A stretch of DNA of 64,000 nt from an uncultured Alphaproteobacteria bacterium (GTDB taxonomy: Bacteria > Pseudomonadota > Alphaproteobacteria > CAAHEQ01 > UBA3637). The translations under genes and the position numbers were made by a program. Shown piece by piece: positions 1-8,404 of this stretch. How positions within the stretch are numbered: the first letter of the stretch is position 1; every line of letters begins with the position of its first letter. The stretch is taken from contig CALXUR010000002.1 in assembly GCA_944391735.1 (NCBI GenBank), positions 2,484-66,483 on the forward strand, in the 5' to 3' direction. Below the pieces are notes generated by a model, which was given only the letters and a program-made list of their open reading frames with translations, searched no databases and was not told the DNA's origin.

Positions 1-770
1 ATTGTTATAAAAACCCGCAGTCTGTCTTTATTACAGGGGCTTCCAGCGGTATCGGCAAAGCGTTGGCGGAAGCCTATGCCGGGGAGGGTGTCACACTGTT
101 TTTATGCGGCAGAAACCGTGATCGTTTGAATCAAACTGCGGATAAATGTCGCCGGAAACAAGCCGAAGTTTACACATTCGCTTTTGATGTGACGGATGAG
201 GAAGCCTCTGAAAAAGCACTTAAACAAGCCTATGAGATTCGGCCGATTGAGTTGGTCATTGCCAATGCGGGCGTTTCCGGTGGTGTTTTGGGAACGAATG
301 AAAGCGACGCAAACAGCCGGACTATTTTTAAAACAAATATTTTCGGTGTGGTGAATACGGTTCTTCCCGCTGCCGGCCTGATGAAAAAGGGCGGCGGTGG
401 ACAAATCGCCATTATCAGTTCCATGGCCGGTTATCGCGGGATGGCCAGCTGTCCGGCTTATTCTGCCTCCAAAGCTTGTGTGAAGGCCTGGGGCGAAGCG
501 TTAAAGGGGACTTTGAAACCTTATAATATAGCCGTTACTGTTGTTTGTCCGGGATTTATTGAAACACCTTTGACGGATCGAAATGAATTTTATATGCCGT
601 TTTTAATGAAGGCTCCGAAAGCCGCTGAAATTATTCGTAAAAGATTGACTCGAAATCCGGCTGTTTTGGCATTCCCGTGGATTATGGCGTTGGGCGCGTG
701 GCTCGGTAATATTTTACCGACCGCCGTTATTTTGCCGATTTTAGGCAAATTGCCGAAAAAAGAAAAATAA
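1..770 (+). CDS. Short-chain dehydrogenase/reductase (SDR); 5' end lies outside the window
   Basis: Frame is open from base 3. TGASSGIG cofactor motif sits at the window edge; NAG and YSASK catalytic motifs are in the ORF. Confidence 0.8.
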   Translation, partial: CYKNPQSVFITGASSGIGKALAEAYAGEGVTLFLCGRNRDRLNQTADKCRRKQAEVYTFAFDVTDEEASEKALKQAYEIRPIELVIANAGVSGGVLGTNESDANSRTIFKTNIFGVVNTVLPAAGLMKKGGGGQIAIISSMAGYRGMASCPAYSASKACVKAWGEALKGTLKPYNIAVTVVCPGFIETPLTDRNEFYMPFLMKAPKAAEIIRKRLTRNPAVLAFPWIMALGAWLGNILPTAVILPILGKLPKKEK

Positions 771-837
771 AACGTTGCGCATTGATTGCTTTTTTGCTAT
801 AAGACAAGCATCTGTTATATAAAAAGGGAAATAAGGC

Positions 838-1548
838 ATGACAAAAGAAAAGAAAAAAGATCAAGGATGTTCCTGTGTGGATGAAGCTTGTAAAATTCAA
901 CAGCGGATTTTTGAACGTGAGGTGGATGAAGAGCTGCAACAGGAAAAGTTGATTCATTTTTGGCAAAAATATCGCTTTGTTATTATCGGCGGTATCGTTG
1001 CCGTGTTGCTGGCCACTATCGGATATGAATTGCATCGTTCGTGGTGGCAAAAGATCCGTTTGCAAGAATCGGATCAATATGAAAATGCTTTGTTTGCGGC
1101 TTATACGGGAAAACCGGAAGAAGCCGTTTCACGGTTGAAAGCATTATCGGAAGACGGCCGAACAGGGTATCGGTACCTGGCTCAAATGGAGGCTGCCGGT
1201 ATTTTGCTGTCATCAAATCAAACGGATGAAGGGATGACCCTTTTGTCGGCGTTGGCAAATGATGATAAAGCACCGGTTCAGCTACGCAATGCGGCAGCTT
1301 TGGCTTTTGTGGGGCATCGCTTGGAAAACGGGGATGCGACTGCGTTGCAGGGACTGTTAAAGCCGATGCTGAATTCGTCCGAAGGCGCGTTTGCCGCGTC
1401 GGCCGCCGAATTGTCGGCCTTGTTGTATGTTCGGGAGAATCAAACGGACAAAGCTGTTCAGGTTTTGGAAAGTGCTTTAAAAAACGGTGAGATGTCGCCG
1501 CAGGCGCAACAACGGTTGAACGGCTTGCTCATGGAGATTAAGCCGTAA
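838..1548 (+). CDS. YfgM-like membrane-anchored TPR-like protein
   Basis: N-terminal TM helix (FVIIGGIVAVLLATIGY) followed by a helical Ala/Leu-rich domain. Sits directly upstream of bamB-der, as yfgM does in proteobacteria. Confidence 0.5.
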   Translation: MTKEKKKDQGCSCVDEACKIQQRIFEREVDEELQQEKLIHFWQKYRFVIIGGIVAVLLATIGYELHRSWWQKIRLQESDQYENALFAAYTGKPEEAVSRLKALSEDGRTGYRYLAQMEAAGILLSSNQTDEGMTLLSALANDDKAPVQLRNAAALAFVGHRLENGDATALQGLLKPMLNSSEGAFAASAAELSALLYVRENQTDKAVQVLESALKNGEMSPQAQQRLNGLLMEIKP

Positions 1549-2816
1549 TGAAACACGTGGCAACAATTGTTTGTCTGGCACTTTTTTTATCCGCCTGTTC
1601 GAATAAAGGGCCTGCCGCGCCGACAGAAGGACGGCAAAGCATTGCTTTCGTTCGGACGGCTTCTCCCGTTAAAGCGGCGACTCATATGAATTTAGGGGAA
1701 GCTTCGGATCAAAAAGTGTGGCCGATGGCTTTTGGCAACGCCGCTAATTATCGTGCCGCGGTGCGGTTGTCCCCGGATTTAAAGTTAGTCCGAACCGTTT
1801 CGTTGGGGGAGGGAGTTGATTCGGATGCCGTTACAATCGCTTCTCCGGTGATCAGTAACGGGTTGGTCTACACACTGGACAGCTCTTTTGTTCTACAGAT
1901 AACCGATTTGGTTTCAGGGCGTTTGGTGCGTCGGGTAAAACTGCCTAAAGTATTGGGAACAACGGCTGAAAGTATTGGTTTGGCGGTAGATGGGAACCGT
2001 TTATATGCTGTTGCCGGAAATGGTTTGATTGTCGCTGTTTCAATTCCTGATGGGACGGTTGTTTGGCAAAAAGAATTAAATGCGCCGTTGCGTTCTTCAC
2101 CGGTTGTGCGGAACGGACGACTGTTTGTTTCATCCGTCAATAATGATTTGTTTGCTTTAAAAACATCGGATGGAGACGAGTTGTGGCGATATGAAGGTGA
2201 ACCGACGGTAACGAATTTTTTCGGTATGGGAACGCCCGCTGTCGACGGTTCTGTCGTCGTGATGCCGACAACAACCGGTCGGGTTAACGCGTTTGATGTT
2301 GAAACGGGTATTTTAATTTGGACGGAAACAATGTGGACGGCGCGCACGTTTAATCCCTTTTGGGACTTGACGCATGTGACGGCCTCGCCGGTTATCGAAA
2401 ACGGAGTGGTCTATGTCGTGGGTAACGCCGGGAAAACGGGTGCCTATCGTTTGGCGAACGGCCGTTCCGTTTTTGATGTCGAAATCGGTGGCCGGGAAAC
2501 GCCGGTTTTATCGGGAGATGTCCTGTTTATGATTTCCAATCAAAATGAATTGACGGCTTTGGATAAAAAATCGGGTCGCGTTTATTGGAAAACGCTTCTG
2601 TCCGGCACTGATAAAAACGCGATATGGAAAGGGCCTTTGCTGGTTAATGATTTGGCCGTGGTCGTTTCATCGGTCGGCGAGGTGGTGTTCTTTGATTTAA
2701 AGTCGGGGCAAGAGGTTCGGCGCGATAAACAAGATGCTCTTTTCGGAGTTCCTGTTGCCGCGGGTGGTTTTATGGTTTTAACAACAAATGACGGCGATAT
2801 GCTGTTTTATCAATAG
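1548..2816 (+). CDS. bamB: Outer membrane protein assembly factor BamB (PQQ-like beta-propeller lipoprotein)
   Basis: Lipobox LSAC after the signal peptide. Repeated beta-propeller blades (e.g. LYAVAGNGLIVAVSIPDGTVVWQ). Conserved position before der. Confidence 0.8.
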   Translation: MKHVATIVCLALFLSACSNKGPAAPTEGRQSIAFVRTASPVKAATHMNLGEASDQKVWPMAFGNAANYRAAVRLSPDLKLVRTVSLGEGVDSDAVTIASPVISNGLVYTLDSSFVLQITDLVSGRLVRRVKLPKVLGTTAESIGLAVDGNRLYAVAGNGLIVAVSIPDGTVVWQKELNAPLRSSPVVRNGRLFVSSVNNDLFALKTSDGDELWRYEGEPTVTNFFGMGTPAVDGSVVVMPTTTGRVNAFDVETGILIWTETMWTARTFNPFWDLTHVTASPVIENGVVYVVGNAGKTGAYRLANGRSVFDVEIGGRETPVLSGDVLFMISNQNELTALDKKSGRVYWKTLLSGTDKNAIWKGPLLVNDLAVVVSSVGEVVFFDLKSGQEVRRDKQDALFGVPVAAGGFMVLTTNDGDMLFYQ

Positions 2817-2825
2817 GGTGAAAAA

Positions 2826-4220
2826 ATGAAAACAGTTGCGATTGTCGGACGGACGAATGTCGGAAAATCAACTTTGTTTAATCGGCTGTGCGGTCGTCGT
2901 CTGGCTATTGTGCATGACCGTCCCGGCGTGACGCGCGATCGAAAAGAAGCGGACGCTTCTTTGATGGATTTGTCCTTTCGGTTGATTGATACGGCCGGTT
3001 TGGAGGAAACAACTTCTTTGGCCGAGGCGATGTGGCGTCAAACGGAAGTGGCTATAGAAGAGGCAGATATTGTCTTAATGGTTGTGGATGCACGCGGGGA
3101 GTTGACGCGTTTGGATGAACGTTTGGCCAATCAATTGCGCCGATTGAACAAGCCTGTTTTCCTGTTGGCAAATAAATGTGAAGGCAAAATGCAGATGCAC
3201 ATGCTGGCCGATTTTTATCGGCTGGGATTAGGGGATCCGTTGCCCGTTTCCGCCGAACACGGCCTTGGGATGAAAGAGTTGTATGGTCTTTTAAAACCTT
3301 TATTTCCGAAGCCGGAGAGGGGTGATTCGGAAGAGCAAGCGGAGGAGGTTGTTGAAGAATCACCTCAAGACAGACCTTTGAAACTGGCTATTGTGGGGCG
3401 TCCCAATGTGGGAAAATCGACTTTAATCAACCGATTATTGGGACATGAGCGGCTACTGACAGGGCCTGAGGCGGGTGTAACCCGTGATGCGATTACGATT
3501 CCATGGGAATGGAAGGGAAATAAAATCCTATTGACCGATACGGCAGGTTTGCGTAAGTATGGTAAGGTCGAGGATGATTTGGAAAAAATTTCTGCGGCGG
3601 ATACACGCAATACAATTGATTTTGCCGAGGTTGTGGTGTTGGTTTTGGATGCGAATCAACCGATGGAACGGCAGGATTTAATGATAGCCTCCAAAGTATT
3701 GAATGAAGGTCGGGGATTGATCATCGCCTTGAATAAGTGGGATTCGGTTGAAAATCAACGTCGTGTTTTGGCAGATTTAAAGGAAAAAATGGAAACCTCC
3801 TTGCAACAGGTCAAAGGCCTGCCGATTGTGACGATTTCAGCCAAAACCGGGTATGGGGTGGAACCGATGATGACCACGGTCTTTCATATTTACAAGTTGT
3901 GGAATAAACGGGTGCCGACCCATAAAATGAATGATTTTTTGAAACGGATGACCGAGGCTCATCCGACACCGGTCGCCCGAAACGGTCGACGGATTCCGAT
4001 GAAATATATGACGCAGGTTCATACGCGTCCGCCGACGTTTGTTATTTTTTCAAGTAATCCGGATCAATTGCCCGAATCGTATTTACGGTATTTGTCCAAC
4101 GGTATTCGGGAACAATTTGGCTTGGTCGGCGTCCCTATTCGTATTCATATGCGTAAGCGTGACAATCCGTATGCCGACAAGCCCCGGACACCTAAATGGC
4201 AAAAGAAAAACAAGAAATAA
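2826..4220 (+). CDS. der: Ribosome-associated GTPase Der/EngA
   Basis: Two tandem G domains: P-loops GRTNVGKST and GRPNVGKST, DTAG twice, NKCE/NKWD. Basic KH-like C-terminus. Confidence 0.95.
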   Translation: MKTVAIVGRTNVGKSTLFNRLCGRRLAIVHDRPGVTRDRKEADASLMDLSFRLIDTAGLEETTSLAEAMWRQTEVAIEEADIVLMVVDARGELTRLDERLANQLRRLNKPVFLLANKCEGKMQMHMLADFYRLGLGDPLPVSAEHGLGMKELYGLLKPLFPKPERGDSEEQAEEVVEESPQDRPLKLAIVGRPNVGKSTLINRLLGHERLLTGPEAGVTRDAITIPWEWKGNKILLTDTAGLRKYGKVEDDLEKISAADTRNTIDFAEVVVLVLDANQPMERQDLMIASKVLNEGRGLIIALNKWDSVENQRRVLADLKEKMETSLQQVKGLPIVTISAKTGYGVEPMMTTVFHIYKLWNKRVPTHKMNDFLKRMTEAHPTPVARNGRRIPMKYMTQVHTRPPTFVIFSSNPDQLPESYLRYLSNGIREQFGLVGVPIRIHMRKRDNPYADKPRTPKWQKKNKK

Positions 4221-4349
4221 AGCTTTTAATGTATTTCATTTGATGTGAGATACTTTAAACAGTGTCGGATTAATATGCGAAAACACTTGTTTTGTGCTTG
4301 CACTTTATTATGAAATGTATTATCCTGACCTCAATCAGAAAGGAGACAC

Positions 4350-4796
4350 ATGAAAAAGACATTTGTTTTTGCTTTAGGTTTGATTTTGTTCGGGGTATGC
4401 GGCGCATGCTCATCTTCTCATGATCGTGCCGATTTTTCAGATACCTATCTGTCCAATCAGAATTTGAATGCTCCCAATTATGCGCAATTGCGTGAAATTC
4501 CCGTTCCTGAAAAAGCTGTTATGGATTCGAAAAAAACACTCTTGTTCGGTAGTGATCCGTTGATCGGCCGTCTTGTTTTTTCGGCACCGTATGCTCAAAC
4601 CGGGTTGTTTGATTTTTATTTACAGGAAATGCCCAAAACCGGTTGGCGTGAAATGACCGCTGTTCGCTCGGATAACAGCTTTCTTACTTTTTTAAAGGAT
4701 AACCGAATCGCGACTATTCGGCTGACTTCTGAAACGGAAACAACAACCGCTATTTTAATTGACATTTCTATGTCTCGAACCATTAAAGGGAACTGA
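4350..4796 (+). CDS. Hypothetical lipoprotein
   Basis: Signal peptide ends in a Cys-containing lipobox-like sequence (LFGVCGACSS). GGAG RBS upstream. No recognisable domain. Confidence 0.5.
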   Translation: MKKTFVFALGLILFGVCGACSSSHDRADFSDTYLSNQNLNAPNYAQLREIPVPEKAVMDSKKTLLFGSDPLIGRLVFSAPYAQTGLFDFYLQEMPKTGWREMTAVRSDNSFLTFLKDNRIATIRLTSETETTTAILIDISMSRTIKGN

Positions 4797-4797
4797 A

Positions 4798-5652
4798 ATG
4801 GCTGCCTCTCGGGAATCGGTTGACTCTTTATTGTCACAGATAGATGAAATAGACGCATCTATTCTAAAGGCATTGGATCATCGTTTTCAAATCAGTGAAA
4901 AATTATATACCGCCCGTCGGTTGCCGAAAGGGACTTTGTCATATGCTCCGGATCGCGAAGCCTTAAGTTTAAGGCGATTGTTGCGCCAGAAACAAAAGTT
5001 TATCCGTTCGCAGGCGTTGGTTCGGATTTGGCGTGAAATTATTTCGGCGGGTGCTCGGATGTATCGGCCTTTTAATATTGCCGTATATACAAAAGAGCGC
5101 GGGCATGATATGATGGATCTTGCCAAAAATTATTTTGGCTCGGATGGTTGTTATCTGTCTTGTATTTCAACCAGTCAGGCTATTCAAAAGATCAGTTCTA
5201 AAGGTGCCGGTGTTGCCGTGTTGCCTTTGTTTGAACAATCCGAAGACTCTTGGTGGACGGCGTTGTCGTCACCGGAACATAAACACTTGGCAATTGTGGC
5301 GCGCTTACCTTTTGGCAAAACGAAGAACTATTTGCACAGTAACGAGGCTTTCGTCGTCGGAACGGTTCCATCCGAACCGACCGGTCTGGATAAATCTTTG
5401 TTTGCTGTTGAAATGTCTTGTCAGACAAGTATGGCCTCTTTAAAAAAACTGTTGGAGGATGTCGGTTTCACGGTGGATGGTGTATGGCCGGCGTATAATT
5501 TGTCCCGGATTTATTTGTTCGCCATAGAGTTGAACGGATATGTGACAATGGACGACGACCGTATGGTTTTATTTCAGGCGCGGCATAAAAATAATATTCA
5601 AATGATGCGCCGAATCGGTGGTTATGCGGTTCAGGAAGAACTTGAAGATTAA
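4798..5652 (+). CDS. Chorismate mutase (AroQ) / prephenate dehydratase-like protein (P-protein-like, divergent)
   Basis: N-terminal CM_2-like helix pattern (LLSQIDEIDASILKALDHRFQISEKL...DREALSLRRL). C-terminal part resembles PDT plus an ACT-like region. Start set to the ATG at 4798, just after the upstream stop. Confidence 0.5.
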   Translation: MAASRESVDSLLSQIDEIDASILKALDHRFQISEKLYTARRLPKGTLSYAPDREALSLRRLLRQKQKFIRSQALVRIWREIISAGARMYRPFNIAVYTKERGHDMMDLAKNYFGSDGCYLSCISTSQAIQKISSKGAGVAVLPLFEQSEDSWWTALSSPEHKHLAIVARLPFGKTKNYLHSNEAFVVGTVPSEPTGLDKSLFAVEMSCQTSMASLKKLLEDVGFTVDGVWPAYNLSRIYLFAIELNGYVTMDDDRMVLFQARHKNNIQMMRRIGGYAVQEELED

Positions 5653-5663
5653 ACGGGGGAGCC

Positions 5664-6482
5664 ATGTTTTTTAAGAGAAAAAAAATAGATAACTTGGAAA
5701 AAACGGATGTGTTGGAAGCCTATCCCGAACGAATTCAGATTTCGGCTATCCCGGAACGTCGGTATTTAAGAACCTCCCGCATTTTAGCTATTGTTACTTT
5801 TTTGAACATGGGTGTTATGATTGCTTTGTCCGGCGTGTTTGTCTATTTGGCATCCCGGTTGGATATTTCCGTTGCCAACCCTCAAGTTGTTAATTTATAT
5901 GCTATGGATCCGGAGCATAAGGTTATTCAAGCCTCTGAACATGATCACCTGTCCGTTCCCGCGTTGCAGCTGATGATGGAGGCTGCCCTTCGGGATTATG
6001 TGGTAAATCGGCACGGTGTGGTATGGGATCAAGAGGCTCAGGAAGCCCGCTGGGGCATAGGGGGACCTGTTGCGTTATATTCATCCCAGAATGTGTATAA
6101 GCAGTTTTCTTTGGAATCCATGAATGCCCTTAATGAATCTCGTTCTAAAAAGTTGGTTAAAGATGTCCATCTGTATGATTTAAAACAAACGCCGAGCGGT
6201 ATGTGGGAGGGGTTGTTTGATGTGTTTGATATGCCGATACCCGATATGTTTAATCCGGTGTGTCATTGTTCCGAAAATACACGGGAATGTTTGGCATGTA
6301 AGGAGAAGAATGCTTTAAATCGGCGACGTTATAAGGTCTTTATCCGATCAGGTTTCAATGGTACCGCATCGTTAAGGAATCCTTTGGGAATTATGATACG
6401 GCAGTATAATTTGTTGTATCAACCGATTGATTCGGAAGAAAAAATGTGGAATTTACCACCAATCCTCCGCCCTCAATTATGA
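5664..6482 (+). CDS. VirB8-like type IV secretion component (orphan)
   Basis: Short cytoplasmic N-terminus, one TM helix (ILAIVTFLNMGVMIALSGVFVYL) and a periplasmic domain ending in the VirB8-type NPLG motif (RNPLGIMIRQY). Confidence 0.5.
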   Translation: MFFKRKKIDNLEKTDVLEAYPERIQISAIPERRYLRTSRILAIVTFLNMGVMIALSGVFVYLASRLDISVANPQVVNLYAMDPEHKVIQASEHDHLSVPALQLMMEAALRDYVVNRHGVVWDQEAQEARWGIGGPVALYSSQNVYKQFSLESMNALNESRSKKLVKDVHLYDLKQTPSGMWEGLFDVFDMPIPDMFNPVCHCSENTRECLACKEKNALNRRRYKVFIRSGFNGTASLRNPLGIMIRQYNLLYQPIDSEEKMWNLPPILRPQL

Positions 6483-6597
6483 TAAAAATGGCGGGTTTAT
6501 AAAATACCCGCTATGAAAATAGATGGGCATTTTATGTGAAAAGATGCCTTACGCGCTATCGGCTATTTTGTATTTTATCGTTGTTCGCAGGTATTCT

Positions 6598-6978
6598 TCA
6601 CTCTTGTTTTTGAGGAAAGGTGCGGCCGTATTGATCTTCAAAACGAACGATGTCATTTTCATCTAATGTATTACCTGTTTGAATTTCAATAAAAATAACA
6701 GGTTGTTCCGTTTTATTGGCAATACGGTGTTTTTGACCCGCTTTAATAAAAACAGGCGTGTTTTCGGATGCATCAAATTGTTTTTCCCCTAACGTGATCG
6801 TCGCTTGACCGGATGTGATAATCCAATGTTCGTCGCGATGATGATGCATTTGCAGTGAAAGCGTTTGCCCGGGATTGACACATATTTTTTTAACAATGTA
6901 ATTTTCGCCGACGTCAACGACTTCCCATGTGCCCCAAGGGCGGTTGTCTTTGTCTCCGGCTTTATATGAAACAGTCAT
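6598..6978 (-). CDS. Cupin-domain protein (mannose-6-phosphate isomerase type II C-terminal-like)
   Basis: Cupin motifs PGQTLSLQMHHHRDEHW...GQKHRI. Start moved to the ATG at 6978, which has an AAAGGA RBS. The longer ORF would overlap the ferredoxin gene on the other strand. Confidence 0.75.
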   Translation of the reverse strand: MTVSYKAGDKDNRPWGTWEVVDVGENYIVKKICVNPGQTLSLQMHHHRDEHWIITSGQATITLGEKQFDASENTPVFIKAGQKHRIANKTEQPVIFIEIQTGNTLDENDIVRFEDQYGRTFPQKQE

Positions 6979-7109
6979 TTTTATCCTTTCTTTATTATGT
7001 GTTATCATACTAGAAAATGTTGTGAGGAATGTCAAATAAAAAAATACTTGCTTTTTGTTTGAAAAACGAGTAAGAACAAAACGTAGTTTTTTTATAAAAG
7101 GAGAAAAAA

Positions 7110-7343
7110 ATGCCATCAGTAGTAAATGATTCATGTGTTTTGTGTAAATCCTGCGTGGAAGTTTGTCCGGTCGGTGCGTTTCGCGAGGGTCCGACACAGG
7201 TCGTGGTTGACCCGAACGTTTGTATTGATTGCGGTGTCTGTATTTCGGAATGTCCTCAAGGTGCGATTTCTTCATCTGACGAGGCTGATGAAAAATGGGT
7301 TAAATTTAATGCGGAAAAAGCTACGGAATGGCCGGAGGCCTAA
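7110..7343 (+). CDS. 2x[4Fe-4S] ferredoxin
   Basis: Two CxxCxxCxxxCP clusters (CVLCKSCVEVCP, CIDCGVCISECP). AAGGAG RBS. Confidence 0.9.
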   Translation: MPSVVNDSCVLCKSCVEVCPVGAFREGPTQVVVDPNVCIDCGVCISECPQGAISSSDEADEKWVKFNAEKATEWPEA

Positions 7344-7361
7344 CGTTTTTGATTAAAATGT

Positions 7362-7400
7362 AACCGGCTCCTGTTTCGGGGTCGGTTTTTGTTTTTTTCT
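7362..7400 (+). terminator. Rho-independent terminator after the ferredoxin gene
   Basis: GC-rich hairpin AACCGGCTCC...GGGGTCGGTT followed by a T-run. Confidence 0.6.
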
Positions 7401-7453
7401 CTTTACTTTTTAATCCGGATACAGTAAAAGAGAAAAAATAAAAGGATGATGTC

Positions 7454-8404
7454 GTGAAACAAAAATTGATTTCGGTTGTGATACCCGCTTTTAATGAACA
7501 GGATAATTTACCCGTTCTGGTGTCCGAGTTGACTTCCGTTTTAAAAAAAATCGGTTTGTATGAAATCTTGATCGTTAATGACGGCAGTACGGATAAAACA
7601 GAATCTGTTATAGAGGAATTGCATCGTTCGGATAAATGTGTGCATTTGATTTCCTTTACTCGAAACTTTGGTCATCAATATGCTTTGAAAGCCGGTTTGG
7701 ACAGAGCTTGCGGCGATTGTGTTATTTCAATGGATGCGGATTTGCAACATCCGGTTTCATTAATACCGACGATGATTCGGGAATGGCAAGACGGAAACGA
7801 TATTGTGTATACCGTTCGACGTGAAACAAACAATGAATCATGGTTTAAAAAGATGTCATCTCGCCTGTTTTATCGTTTTTTTAATTTTTTAACGGATTTA
7901 CGATTGCCCCGGGGGGCTGCCGATTTCCGGTTGCTGGATAGAAAAGTTGTCGACCAGATTAAGAGTTTGCCCGAACGAATGCTTTTTTTGCGTGGTATGA
8001 TTTCCTGGATCGGATTTACACAAAAGGGAATTGCCTATACCCCGGCGCGGCGTTTGAATGGTTCCAGCAGTTATACCTTACGTAAAATGGTTGCTTTGGC
8101 CGCAACGGGTGCCGTTTCATTCAGTTTGAAACCATTGCGTGTGGCGATTTATTTGGGATTGTTTGTTGCGTTTATGGGATGTTTGTTTACGGCGTATGTT
8201 CTTTATATGCGCTTGTTTAACGGTTCGGTTATTTCCGGATGGGCCTCTTTGATGAGTGTGACACTGATTTTGGGGGGGGCTCAATTATTTATGATGGGTA
8301 TTATCGGTGAATATATCGGTATGATTTTTATGGAAACAAAACACAGACCACAGTATATTATATCAAAAACAACACTAACATCAAAGGATAATCATGAAAA
8401 ATAA
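7454..8404 (+). CDS. Family 2 glycosyltransferase, polyprenyl-phosphate sugar synthase type (GtrB/ArnC-like)
   Basis: GT-A motifs VVIPAFNE, DGSTD and DADLQHP. Two C-terminal TM helices. GTG start with an AAGGA RBS. Confidence 0.8.
   Translation: MKQKLISVVIPAFNEQDNLPVLVSELTSVLKKIGLYEILIVNDGSTDKTESVIEELHRSDKCVHLISFTRNFGHQYALKAGLDRACGDCVISMDADLQHPVSLIPTMIREWQDGNDIVYTVRRETNNESWFKKMSSRLFYRFFNFLTDLRLPRGAADFRLLDRKVVDQIKSLPERMLFLRGMISWIGFTQKGIAYTPARRLNGSSSYTLRKMVALAATGAVSFSLKPLRVAIYLGLFVAFMGCLFTAYVLYMRLFNGSVISGWASLMSVTLILGGAQLFMMGIIGEYIGMIFMETKHRPQYIISKTTLTSKDNHEK

Noticed and set aside
4039-4248. 69-aa ORF overlapping the 3' end of der in another frame
   Set aside because: It is embedded in the conserved Der C-terminal KH-like domain coding region. 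It has no RBS and an implausible composition.
6979-7275. 99-aa N-terminal extension of the cupin ORF (track ORF 6598..7275)
   Set aside because: The extension overlaps the ferredoxin gene on the opposite strand and has basic low-complexity composition. An internal ATG at 6978 has a good RBS.
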